A DNA stretch of 43,655 nucleotides from a phage: NCBI GenBank assembly GCA_029093185.1, contig GCA_029093185.1_4348.1. The stretch is one strand, 5' to 3'. This document shows, piece by piece, positions 15,914 through 24,624 of the stretch. The stretch's first letter is position 1, and each line of letters opens with the position of its first letter. The notes beneath the pieces were generated by a model. The model ran no database searches and was not told the DNA's origin. It saw nothing but the letters and a program-made list of their open reading frames with translations. The translations under genes and the position numbers were made by a program.

Positions 15914-17160
15914 GTATTCAGCTATCCGCACCACAGGCGCTGTTCCTGAATTGTGATAACAAGTACAAAGCTTATGTCGGTGGGTTCGGCAGCGGAAAGA
16001 CATTCGTAGGCTGCCTTGACCTGCTTACGTTTATGCTCAAGCACCCTGGTACGCGCCTGGGCTACTTCGGCCCGACATACCCGGCCATACGTGACATCTT
16101 CTACCCGACATTCGAGGAAGCGGCTAACCTCCTCGGCCTCGATGTGCTGGTTAAATCCGGCGACAAAGAGGTCGTTGTTACGCGAGGCAAGACGGTGCTC
16201 GGTACGGTTATCTGCCGTTCAATGGATAACCCCGGCTCGATAGTTGGTTTCAAAATCGCTGCGGCGGTCGTGGATGAACTGGACGTATTGAGCCGTGAGA
16301 AAGCCGAGCTGGCGTGGAACAAAATCGTCGCCCGTATGCGTCTGGTTATCCCGGGCGTAATTAACCACATCTCCGTCACCACGACACCGGAAGGGTTCAA
16401 GTTCGTCTACTCCAAGTTCAAGGAGAACCCGACACCGAGTTACTCTATGGTGCAGGCATCAACTCATGAGAATGCGAGGTTCCTGCCGCCGGATTACATT
16501 AGCTCGCTAACAGAGACTTACCCGGCGCAACTGATTAACGCGTATCTGAATGGTGAGTTCGTCAACCTGACATCCGGCAGCGTGTATTACGCCTATGACC
16601 GCCGTAAGCACCGCAGCAAAGAGACAATTCAACCAGGCGACACTTTGTACATCGGGCAGGACTTCAACGTTACGAAGAACGCAAGCGCCGTGTATGTACA
16701 ACGTAAAGACGGCTGGCACGCGGTAGCAGAACTGAAGGGCCTGTTCGATACGCCGGACACCGTGCGCGTAATCACCGAGAAATGGAAGTCGCAAGGCCAC
16801 CGCATCGTCGTTTACCCCGACGCCAGCGGCAAGAACCGAAAAACCAACTCAGCGTCAATCTCTGATATTGCATTACTCCAGCAGGCTGGGTTCGATGTTC
16901 GCGCTAAATCAGCCAACCCCCCGGTTAAAGACCGTGTTTTAGCCGTGAATACCGCGCTGGAAAAAGGTAAGCTGTGGGTTAACGACCACTTATGCCCTGA
17001 GATAGCGAAGACGCTGGAGCAGCAGGCATATGACGATAACGGAGAGCCAGCTAAAGACGGCATCATTGACCATATGGCAGATGCGCTCGGCTATCCTGTA
17101 GTTTACGAGATGCCGGTGGTTAAACCCGTAATCAACATCCCGGTGACTTTCGCACTTTAA
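15910..17160 (+). CDS. terL: Terminase large subunit
   Basis: 416 aa; Walker A YVGGFGSGKTF near the N-terminus, C-terminal nuclease-like region. Confidence 0.85.
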   Translation: MSIQLSAPQALFLNCDNKYKAYVGGFGSGKTFVGCLDLLTFMLKHPGTRLGYFGPTYPAIRDIFYPTFEEAANLLGLDVLVKSGDKEVVVTRGKTVLGTVICRSMDNPGSIVGFKIAAAVVDELDVLSREKAELAWNKIVARMRLVIPGVINHISVTTTPEGFKFVYSKFKENPTPSYSMVQASTHENARFLPPDYISSLTETYPAQLINAYLNGEFVNLTSGSVYYAYDRRKHRSKETIQPGDTLYIGQDFNVTKNASAVYVQRKDGWHAVAELKGLFDTPDTVRVITEKWKSQGHRIVVYPDASGKNRKTNSASISDIALLQQAGFDVRAKSANPPVKDRVLAVNTALEKGKLWVNDHLCPEIAKTLEQQAYDDNGEPAKDGIIDHMADALGYPVVYEMPVVKPVINIPVTFAL

Positions 17161-17172
17161 GAGGATTATTCA

Positions 17173-18654
17173 ATGTTAACTATGAACGGTCAGAATCAGG
17201 GTGTTAAGACAAAACACCGGGAATGGCTGCATCACTTCGATAAATGGCAGAAGGTGCGCCACGCACTGGAAGGCGACCTTATTCGCTACCTCCGTAATGT
17301 AGGGAAGAACGAGCCAGACCCTACCTACGCAGCCCAGCGCCAGGAAGAATACGAGAACGGTGCTATCTGCTACAACTTCACAAAACGTACCCTGGCCGGG
17401 ATGGTGGGGTCGGTGATGCGCAAAGACCCTGAGCAGATTATCCCGCCTGAACTGGAGTACCTGTTACGCAATGCTGACGGTTCCGGTGTCGGGCTGTGGC
17501 AGCACGCGCAGGACACTTTGATGGAGATTGATTCTGTGGGTCGTGGCGGGTTGCTGGTGGACGCCCCGGAGACAGCCGCGGCAACGGCGGCAGAACAGAA
17601 CGCGGGGTTATTAAACCCGGTCATAGCATTCTACACCGCTGAGAACATCATCAACTGGCGACTGACTCGCATCGGTTCTGTTAACCGTGTGACGATGGTT
17701 GTGTTGCGCGAGGTATGGGAATACTCGGAACCGGGCGCAGAGTTCGAAACAAAGTTCGGGGAACAGTATCGTGTTCTTGACCTGATTAAGGGCCGCTACC
17801 GCCAGCGCATCTACCGCTTCGATGCCGAAGGTGGCGCACAGGATGAAGTAATCGAAATCTTCCCGGAACTCGGCGAACAGTTGCGCGGTAAAATCCCGTT
17901 CACGTTCATTGGCGCAAGCAACAACGACGCCACTATAGACGATGCGCCTTTACTGCCGTTAGCTGAGCTAAATATAGGACACTTCAGAAATTCGGCCGAT
18001 GTGGAAGAGGCCAGCTTTATAGTAGGTCAACCGACACTGTTCATTGCCCCCGGCGAGAACATGAGCATGGAGCAGTGGAAAGAAGCCAACCCACACGGCA
18101 TACGCATGGGGTCGCGTTCAGGCCACAACATCGGCTCCGGCGGAAATGCGTTTCTGGTTCAGGCGGCGGAAACTAACCTCGCCAAACAGAATATGCTGGA
18201 TAAAGAGAATCAGGCCATCCAGATTGGCGCGCAGCTTATCACCCCGACGCAGCAAATCACCGCGGAATCGGCCCGCCTGCAACGCGGCGCCGACACGTCA
18301 GTCATGGCAACAATAGCACGTAATGTAAGCATGGCGTATACCGATGCGTTGCGCTGGGTTGCGGGTATGCTTGGGCTTAGTGAAGATACTGAGATTGAGT
18401 TCAAGCTGAATATGGAATTCTTCCTGCAACCTATGACAGCTCAGGACCGCGCTCAGTGGATGGCGGATATTAACGCTGGCCTGCTACCCGCCACCGCTTA
18501 CTATGCTGCGTTGCGCAAGGCAGGTGTGACTGACTGGACAGATGAGGACATTCAGAACGCTATTGAAGACGCACCTCTGCCGTTGGGTTCTGTTGCTCAG
18601 GTAGCGGGAGAGATTCCGCAGTCGGCGCAGCAACAGGACACCACTCAGCAGTAA
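17173..18654 (+). CDS. Portal protein
   Basis: 493 aa immediately after the large terminase; acidic C-terminal tail. Confidence 0.7.
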   Translation: MLTMNGQNQGVKTKHREWLHHFDKWQKVRHALEGDLIRYLRNVGKNEPDPTYAAQRQEEYENGAICYNFTKRTLAGMVGSVMRKDPEQIIPPELEYLLRNADGSGVGLWQHAQDTLMEIDSVGRGGLLVDAPETAAATAAEQNAGLLNPVIAFYTAENIINWRLTRIGSVNRVTMVVLREVWEYSEPGAEFETKFGEQYRVLDLIKGRYRQRIYRFDAEGGAQDEVIEIFPELGEQLRGKIPFTFIGASNNDATIDDAPLLPLAELNIGHFRNSADVEEASFIVGQPTLFIAPGENMSMEQWKEANPHGIRMGSRSGHNIGSGGNAFLVQAAETNLAKQNMLDKENQAIQIGAQLITPTQQITAESARLQRGADTSVMATIARNVSMAYTDALRWVAGMLGLSEDTEIEFKLNMEFFLQPMTAQDRAQWMADINAGLLPATAYYAALRKAGVTDWTDEDIQNAIEDAPLPLGSVAQVAGEIPQSAQQQDTTQQ

Positions 18655-18664
18655 GTTCACCTAT

Positions 18665-18687
18665 AGCCCCGAAAGGGGCTTTCTTAT
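18665..18687 (+). terminator. Terminator-like hairpin after the portal gene
   Basis: AGCCCC-GAAA-GGGGCT followed by TTCTT. Confidence 0.4.
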
Positions 18688-18723
18688 AGTATGCTATTAA
18701 CTTTAGCGCCACAGGGTTGATCT

Positions 18724-19767
18724 ATGAGCTTACTTACATCCCTAATCAGCCATCAGATATGGCTGCAACGCACCGCATCCGGTGAGGTGAAAGACCTCAC
18801 GCCGTTCATTCAGGAGATAAGGGATGAAATCAAACGGCAGGTGCTGTTATTCGGTGACGACGGTCGCAGCACTGCGCGACTGAATAAACTGTTACGCGAC
18901 CTGGAAGAAGCACTAACCGGTATTACGGGTGACTGGCAAACAAAGCTAACAGACGACCTTAAGGAACTGGCGGCGTACGAGGCTGAGTGGAACGTAAAGA
19001 CACTGACCGCCAACGTAGACGCGGAATTTGTTACGCCTACCGCTGAGCAGGTATGGGCCGCTGCCGAGTTTCAACCATTATCATTGAGCGACAAGCCCGT
19101 TGATTTCACCAAGCTGATGTCTGGATGGGGCGAAACGGAAGTAGCACGTCTTGTAACTGGAGTTAAGATGGGCTTTGTGCAAGGTCAAACCACACGGCAG
19201 ATTGTTAAGAATGTTGTTGGCGCTGGTGGACTAGCCGACATCTCAGAACGTAACGCGACTACGGTAATCCGCACCGCGCTGTCCCACGTATCCAACGAGG
19301 CCCGTAACGAGACGTACCGCCAGAACGACGACATCATCGAGAAGTACGAGTGGGTGTCAACGCTTGACAGCCGCACCAGTACGATTTGCAGGGTCAGAGA
19401 CGGGATGACGTGGGAAATTGGTAAGGGGCCGATGCCCCCAGCCCATCCGAACTGCCGGTCGTGCACGGCTCCGGTAATCAGTTCCGAGTTCGACTTCCTC
19501 GATAAAGGCGCAAAACGCGCGGCTAAAGGCGCGGAAGGTGGCACTCAGGTAAGCGCAGACACCACTTACTACGAGTTCCTTAAACAACAACCGGCGTGGT
19601 TTCAGGACCAGGCGCTCGGCCCGGTGCGAGGTAAGATTTTCCGTAACAGCGGTATATCGCCGGAAGAGTTTCGCGTAATATCTGTAGATGGTTTCGGGAA
19701 TCCGCTCACGCTTAAGCAGATGGCGGAACTCGATAAACGTGTTGCTGATTATCTGAAAGGGGAATAA
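18724..19767 (+). CDS. Head morphogenesis protein (SPP1 gp7 / Mu F-like)
   Basis: 347 aa after the portal, the usual position for this family. Confidence 0.55.
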   Translation: MSLLTSLISHQIWLQRTASGEVKDLTPFIQEIRDEIKRQVLLFGDDGRSTARLNKLLRDLEEALTGITGDWQTKLTDDLKELAAYEAEWNVKTLTANVDAEFVTPTAEQVWAAAEFQPLSLSDKPVDFTKLMSGWGETEVARLVTGVKMGFVQGQTTRQIVKNVVGAGGLADISERNATTVIRTALSHVSNEARNETYRQNDDIIEKYEWVSTLDSRTSTICRVRDGMTWEIGKGPMPPAHPNCRSCTAPVISSEFDFLDKGAKRAAKGAEGGTQVSADTTYYEFLKQQPAWFQDQALGPVRGKIFRNSGISPEEFRVISVDGFGNPLTLKQMAELDKRVADYLKGE

Positions 19768-20228
19768 TGATGGGCTTTTTCAAAGTAACTGACGTACCGT
19801 CTCGTCGCGTAGTCCAGTACGCCCGCGTGTCTGGCTCTGGCGAGAACGTGGTATTTATTGAGGACGAAAGTGTACTCGGTACACCGGTAGATGATATGCC
19901 GTTTGCAGATAAAACCGGTATTGCGTTGCCCGCCGCCGGTATGCTTTATGAAATTCCGTATCTGGCGGACGCTGGCGACGTGTATTTCTCTGCGCAACCG
20001 CAGGACGCTGAACTGGCGGGCGGCAGCGCAACCATCACTGTCGAGGTTAAGGCAGGCAAAGCGCCGTATTCTCTGACCTGGTACAAAGACGGTAAGGAAG
20101 TGGTGAATGCGCCTGAGGAGGCTCTGTCTCTGACGGTTAATGCGGTCGGCGAATACTTCGTTAAAGTTACTGATGCCGATGGAGTAGAGGCGGTAAGCAA
20201 AGCGGCGAAGGTTACTAAGCCAGAATGA
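19767..20228 (+). CDS. Virion protein with C-terminal Ig-like domain
   Basis: 153 aa; YSLTWYKDGKEV...GEYFVKVTD resembles an immunoglobulin-like repeat. Confidence 0.5.
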   Translation: MMGFFKVTDVPSRRVVQYARVSGSGENVVFIEDESVLGTPVDDMPFADKTGIALPAAGMLYEIPYLADAGDVYFSAQPQDAELAGGSATITVEVKAGKAPYSLTWYKDGKEVVNAPEEALSLTVNAVGEYFVKVTDADGVEAVSKAAKVTKPE

Positions 20229-20231
20229 TAA

Positions 20232-20258
20232 AAGGCCCCATTATGGGGCCTTAGTTTT
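20232..20258. terminator. Bidirectional rho-independent terminator
   Basis: AAGGCCCC-ATTAT-GGGGCCTT flanked by a T-run on the plus strand and an A-run upstream; sits between convergent genes. Confidence 0.6.
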
Positions 20259-20461
20259 CAACGGAATCTTGTGTTTAAATCCTGCTCATGGACAACCCTC
20301 AGAACAGTGTCATAATCCCCGTATCTTCCAGGTTCAAATATATCTAATGCCTTGTAAGCAGACATTGCGTCAGGGAAAACCTGCAGAACCTTTTTAACCC
20401 GGCACAAGTCACCGTCGAACTCTTCATCGAACTCTTGAACTACTTCGCAAATTGCATACAT
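20258..20461 (-). CDS. Small acidic antisense moron protein
   Basis: 67 aa, about 14 acidic versus 8 basic residues; strong AGGAGGTG Shine-Dalgarno; own promoter and terminator. Confidence 0.6.
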   Translation of the reverse strand: MYAICEVVQEFDEEFDGDLCRVKKVLQVFPDAMSAYKALDIFEPGRYGDYDTVLRVVHEQDLNTRFR

Positions 20462-20488
20462 TTTTCACCTCCTGTTTAAGTTAACTGA

Positions 20489-20517
20489 ATAGTACCCTAT
20501 TATATTGGGGTGTGCAA
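20489..20517 (-). promoter_or_regulatory. Early-type promoter with operator palindrome driving the antisense moron
   Basis: Minus strand TTGCAC (rc of 20512-20517), 17 nt, TACTAT (rc of 20489-20494); TAATAG-GGTA-CTATTC. Confidence 0.55.
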
Positions 20518-20569
20518 ACTATTTATTTACGTATTCCAGTTATTCCTCCGAATTGTAAATGTTGGAATA

Positions 20570-20585
20570 AACTATTCGAATAGTT
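20570..20585. promoter_or_regulatory. Perfect 16-bp palindrome AACTATTCGAATAGTT
   Basis: Same half-sites (CTATTC/GAATAG) as the recurrent operator but abutting with no spacer; adjacent to a TTGACT hexamer. Confidence 0.4.
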
Positions 20586-20836
20586 GACTTTTCACTAAAA
20601 ATATGATAAGCTCCACCTGAGCTTGTGAAGTATGAACAAGCGACCGCGGCGCGGGCAGGTAACGGAGCGGGACGTAAGTCCTGAGTGTAGTTACGCTGAC
20701 GCGTTCGGAAGGGCCATACTCTATTGCTTGTGTAAAAAGTAACTGGTTTACTGAGATTACGCCGTTTCTATGTTTAAATGATAAGGACTAGCGCCCCGCT
20801 TTATGGCGGGGCTTTACTTATCGAGAAAGGGGAAAC

Positions 20837-21223
20837 ATGAATCTTAAAGCAACTGTCGTAGCAGGAGCATGTTTCATCATCCTGGTTTACGCACACGGCA
20901 TCTACCAGTATCGCAGCGGATGGAACGAAGGCCGGGCTAATCTCGTTTCGCAGCAACAGCAGAAAGCACAGGCTGAGTTAGCGAAGAAAACACAACGGCA
21001 GCAGCAGGATGAATCGAAGGCCGCCGCCGCTGACAACGAAGGCAAGACGAAATCAGAGGTGATTACCCGTGAAGTCGTTAAGTACATTAAAACGCCTGGT
21101 CGCAGCGTGTGCACTTTTGACCCTGAGCGCGTGCAGCTCAAGTCCCGCGCCGTCGCCAACGCCAATTCCATCCCCGGATACGACGATGATGCAGCCGCCG
21201 TGCAAACTGGCGCAGCCAAGTAG
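20837..21223 (+). CDS. i-spanin (Rz-like)
   Basis: 128 aa; N-terminal transmembrane segment (ATVVAGACFIILVYAHGIY) followed by a Gln/Ala-rich periplasmic region. Confidence 0.65.
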   Translation: MNLKATVVAGACFIILVYAHGIYQYRSGWNEGRANLVSQQQQKAQAELAKKTQRQQQDESKAAAADNEGKTKSEVITREVVKYIKTPGRSVCTFDPERVQLKSRAVANANSIPGYDDDAAAVQTGAAK

Positions 21224-21332
21224 CGACGCTGATGAGGATTTGGCCGTCGACGTTCAGAATGCTGAATGCGTACGGCAACTGAGACTGAAAGTGTTCATGT
21301 TGCAGGATTACGTGAGGAATATTCTGGAATAG
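21069..21332 (+). CDS. o-spanin (Rz1-like lipoprotein), overlapping the i-spanin in another frame
   Basis: 87 aa; signal peptide with lipobox LTLSAC, then a proline-rich mature region; starts inside the i-spanin gene and extends past it. Confidence 0.6.
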   Translation: MKSLSTLKRLVAACALLTLSACSSSPAPSPTPIPSPDTTMMQPPCKLAQPSSDADEDLAVDVQNAECVRQLRLKVFMLQDYVRNILE

Positions 21333-21414
21333 TTGCCTTGCATGTTGGAATAATTTATTCTTGACATGTAAATCCGGGTGGCCCGGATTCCAACGTCCAG
21401 GGGACATACTGACT

Positions 21415-22116
21415 ATGAATCGTTTTTTACGTTATCCGTTCCAGGAAGAAGCTGGAGCAGAAGATAAAGCTGGTGGCGGTGACGCTCCTAAAATGTTCAC
21501 CGCTGAAGAAGTTCAGGCGCTGATTGAGAAAGAAGTTGCCGGGCTTAAGGCTAATCAGGAAGCATTGTTGGCGGAGAAGAAAGAAGCCGCTCGCAAAGCA
21601 AAAGAGGCCGAAGAAGAACGGCAGCGCGCGCACCAGGAGGCGTTAAAAGTCGCTGGTAAGATGGATGAGTTCGAAAAGACGATTCGTAGCCAGTACGACC
21701 CTGTGTTAGCCGAGAAAGACGGTCGCATCTCCAGAATGGCAGAGCGTATCCTCGGCAGCGAACGTAAAGCGGTGCTAGGCTCTTTCGCGGGTGACTTTAT
21801 TACCCCAGAAGCAGTGGACATTCTTGCGCCGTTCGTTAAGACTGAGTTCGAAGGCGATGATGTGGTTACTAAGTTTGTTGGTGCAGACGGTAACGTAATC
21901 ACGACTGACCCGGAACAGTTCCGCAAATACCTGCGCGAACACAAGGCGTTTTCGCATTTGATCAAAGCAAATGCAGCTTCCGGCGGCGGGGCTTCCGGTA
22001 GCAAAGGCGGCGGGGCCGCACCAGCGTTTAAAGACATGAGTGAAGCAGAGCGTTTAGCCCTGTATAAATCGAACCCTGCCGAATTTGAACGGCAACTTAA
22101 AGCCCTGAGGAAATAA
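21415..22116 (+). CDS. Scaffolding protein
   Basis: Ala/Glu/Lys-rich coiled-coil sequence directly upstream of the major capsid gene; ATG 21415 with AGGGGA Shine-Dalgarno (ORF track starts at TTG 21361). Confidence 0.55.
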   Translation: MNRFLRYPFQEEAGAEDKAGGGDAPKMFTAEEVQALIEKEVAGLKANQEALLAEKKEAARKAKEAEEERQRAHQEALKVAGKMDEFEKTIRSQYDPVLAEKDGRISRMAERILGSERKAVLGSFAGDFITPEAVDILAPFVKTEFEGDDVVTKFVGADGNVITTDPEQFRKYLREHKAFSHLIKANAASGGGASGSKGGGAAPAFKDMSEAERLALYKSNPAEFERQLKALRK

Positions 22117-22118
22117 TA

Positions 22119-23168
22119 ATGGCAATTACCACTATCGGCGATATCGTAACTGGCAACATCCCGGTCCTGGCGTCTTATATGACCGAGGACCCGGTAGAAA
22201 AAACCGCGTTCTTCCAGTCTGGTATTCTGACCCCGACCCCGTACGCTGCCGAGATTGCCCGCGGCCCGTCCAACGTCGCTAATATTCCTTTCTGGAAAGC
22301 GATTGATACCTCTATCGAGCCGAACTACTCGAACGACGTATACCAGGACATCGCCACCCCGCGTAACGTGCAGACCGGCGAGATGATGGCGCGCGTTGCG
22401 TACCTGAACGAAGGTTTCGGTCAGGCGGATTTGACCGTTGATCTGACCAGCCAGAACCCGCTGCAATCCGTAGCGTCACGTCTGGATAACTTCTGGCAGC
22501 GTCAGGCACAACGCCGTCTGATTGCTACCGCGCTCGGGCTGTACAATGACAACGTAGCCGCTACCGACGCATACCACGAGCAGAATGACATGGTAATCGA
22601 CGTGTCTGCTACTCTGGGCTTCGATGCGGGCGCGTTCATCGACGCTACCCAGACTATGGGCGATGCTCTGATGGGCAACGGCGGTGAAGTGCTGGGGGCT
22701 ATCGCGATGCATAGCTTCGTTTATGCGCAGGCACGTAAGCAGCAGCTTATCGACTTCATCCGTGACGCGGACAACAACACCATGTTCGCCACCTACCAGG
22801 GCTACCGCGTGATTGTTGACGACAGCATGACCGTAGTCGGCACTGGCCCGACCCGTAAGTTCATCTCCATCATCTTCGGCAACGGCGCTATCGGTTACGG
22901 TGAAGGTTCTCCGTCCAACCCGCTGGAATACGAGCGCGAAGCGTCCCGCGGCAACGGCGGCGGCGTTGAAACCCTGTGGACCCGTAAGACCTGGTTGCTA
23001 CATCCGTTTGGTTACAGCTTCACCAGTGCAGTAATCACTGGCAACGGCACCGAGACTACCCCGCGCTCTGCTTCCTGGCAGGACCTGGCGAACGCCTCCA
23101 ACTGGAACCGTGTGGTTGACCGCAAGCACGTACCGATTGCCTTCCTGGTAACTGGTGTCGGTGCTTAA
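22119..23168 (+). CDS. Major capsid protein
   Basis: 349 aa after the scaffold, followed by a strong terminator. Confidence 0.7.
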   Translation: MAITTIGDIVTGNIPVLASYMTEDPVEKTAFFQSGILTPTPYAAEIARGPSNVANIPFWKAIDTSIEPNYSNDVYQDIATPRNVQTGEMMARVAYLNEGFGQADLTVDLTSQNPLQSVASRLDNFWQRQAQRRLIATALGLYNDNVAATDAYHEQNDMVIDVSATLGFDAGAFIDATQTMGDALMGNGGEVLGAIAMHSFVYAQARKQQLIDFIRDADNNTMFATYQGYRVIVDDSMTVVGTGPTRKFISIIFGNGAIGYGEGSPSNPLEYEREASRGNGGGVETLWTRKTWLLHPFGYSFTSAVITGNGTETTPRSASWQDLANASNWNRVVDRKHVPIAFLVTGVGA

Positions 23169-23183
23169 GGTTAAGCTATAATC

Positions 23184-23210
23184 GAGAGGGACTTCGGTCC
23201 CTCTTTTCAT
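23184..23210 (+). terminator. Rho-independent terminator after the major capsid gene
   Basis: AGAGGGAC-TTCG-GTCCCTCT followed by TTTCATTT. Confidence 0.6.
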
Positions 23211-23227
23211 TTACTAAGAGGTAAATT

Positions 23228-23527
23228 ATGGCTAAGACCGGAAAAGGCTTGCCGCGCAGCCTTCAGAATGTCGACTTCGGTGACTTTGATATCCCAGTCA
23301 CGCCTGCTACTACCAGCGTAGTTGGTGGGGTTAAAAAGTCAGCTCCTGTGACTGCACCTGGGGCCATTACCGCCGCCGCCGGGGTGCAGTCCGCCGCGGC
23401 ACCGACTAAGGAAGAGTTCGACGCCCTTGTAGCGGGGTACAACACACTCCTAACCAATGTTACCGCGCTGCGCGGTACCGTAGTAAAGCTGGTGACTGCG
23501 CTTAAAGGCGCAGGAACTGTAAGCTAA
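23228..23527 (+). CDS. Hypothetical virion protein
   Basis: 99 aa, Ala/Thr-rich. Confidence 0.5.
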   Translation: MAKTGKGLPRSLQNVDFGDFDIPVTPATTSVVGGVKKSAPVTAPGAITAAAGVQSAAAPTKEEFDALVAGYNTLLTNVTALRGTVVKLVTALKGAGTVS

Positions 23528-23539
23528 AGGAGCTTAAAA

Positions 23540-23890
23540 ATGGTTGATGTAATCAAACGTCGCATTACCGGTGTTTCTGATGATTCTCCTGCCGATGGTC
23601 AGGTTGAAATCGATATGGCGAATATCTCGCCAGCGTCTTTTTCTGCCGCGCTTGCGGCTACCACCGCAGTTACGGTGGGGCAGACTATGACTCTTACCGT
23701 AGTGGTAACTGGCGGTCTGGAGCCGTATTCCTACCAGTGGTACAAAGATAACAACGCCATCGACGGAGCCACCGCAGCTACCTATGCGAAGGCGTCCACT
23801 ACTACCGCAGATTCAGGCACGTATAAAGTGGTTGTTCACGATGTGTATGGTAATATTATCTCCAGCAGCACCGTAGCAACTGTGTCTTAA
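23540..23890 (+). CDS. Ig-like domain protein
   Basis: 116 aa; YSYQWYKDNNAIDGATAATYAKAS...DSGTYKVVVHD, an I-set-like motif. Confidence 0.55.
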   Translation: MVDVIKRRITGVSDDSPADGQVEIDMANISPASFSAALAATTAVTVGQTMTLTVVVTGGLEPYSYQWYKDNNAIDGATAATYAKASTTTADSGTYKVVVHDVYGNIISSSTVATVS

Positions 23891-23926
23891 TACAACGGCC
23901 CTTCGGGGCCGTAATAAGGAAAGGTC

Positions 23927-24106
23927 ATGGCAGATAATTACGTAATCCGCGAAAAGTATACCCACGTTGATATCGTTGACGGACAGGTGATGCCTGTTCG
24001 CGGTGTGGTAGAAGCGGATGAACTGGTTGCAACCCAACCAGACAATGAAGAAGCGCACAACAACGGCGGTGGTACTAAGCGTCGTCGCCGTAAGTCAGAG
24101 GAATAA
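23927..24106 (+). CDS. Hypothetical small protein (59 aa)
   Basis: Read manually; AAGGAAAGG Shine-Dalgarno; basic C-terminus (KRRRRK). Confidence 0.35.
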   Translation: MADNYVIREKYTHVDIVDGQVMPVRGVVEADELVATQPDNEEAHNNGGGTKRRRRKSEE

Positions 24107-24109
24107 TTT

Positions 24110-24622
24110 ATGCCGCTAATCGTGGAAACTGGGGTGATCGTCCCAAATGCCGACAGTTACATTAGTCTGGCTGACGCCCGCGCGTTAGCGGCTAATTATG
24201 GCCTTGAGCTGCCGGAAGACGATACCGCAGCAGAGGTGGCCTTACGCAACGGTGCTACTTATGTAGGGCTTGCAGAACCGCAGATGTGCGGTCGTCGAGT
24301 ATCCGCCGAACAGTCTCTTGCATACCCCCGCACCGGCGTTACGTTAAACGGGTTCCCGGTGGTCAACAACGCCATTCCGAAACAGGTGATTCTTGCGCAG
24401 GTAATCGCTGCCGCTACATATGGCGAGGGCACCGAAGTCCGGGCTAACTCAGACGGTCGCGCCGTGCAGACTGAGCGTGTCGAGGGTGCGGTAACAGTAA
24501 CATACTTCAACAACGGCAACAGTGGCACTACAACTTCTATTACCGCTGCGGACGACGCCTTACGCCCGTTACTGTGTGGTGGGCTTAACAATGGATTCTC
24601 GTTTAACGTGTACCGGGGTTAA
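24110..24622 (+). CDS. Putative head-tail connector/adaptor protein
   Basis: 170 aa; position in the module and an N-terminus resembling connector families. Confidence 0.4.
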   Translation: MPLIVETGVIVPNADSYISLADARALAANYGLELPEDDTAAEVALRNGATYVGLAEPQMCGRRVSAEQSLAYPRTGVTLNGFPVVNNAIPKQVILAQVIAAATYGEGTEVRANSDGRAVQTERVEGAVTVTYFNNGNSGTTTSITAADDALRPLLCGGLNNGFSFNVYRG

Positions 24623-24624
24623 AA

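Noticed and set aside
20584-20607. TTGACT ... TATGAT as a sigma70 promoter for the spanin operon
   Set aside because: The spacer is only 12 nt, and the alternative -10 at 17-nt spacing (TAAGCT) is weak; it is kept only as part of the regulatory-interval finding.
21555-22466. 303-aa minus-strand ORF spanning the scaffold and major capsid genes
   Set aside because: It is antisense to two structural genes and its Arg/Ser-rich translation lacks any motif.
23895-23912. Hairpin ACGGCCC-TTCG-GGGCCGT after the Ig-like gene as a terminator
   Set aside because: No T-run follows the stem, so it is more likely an RNA-stability or processing hairpin.
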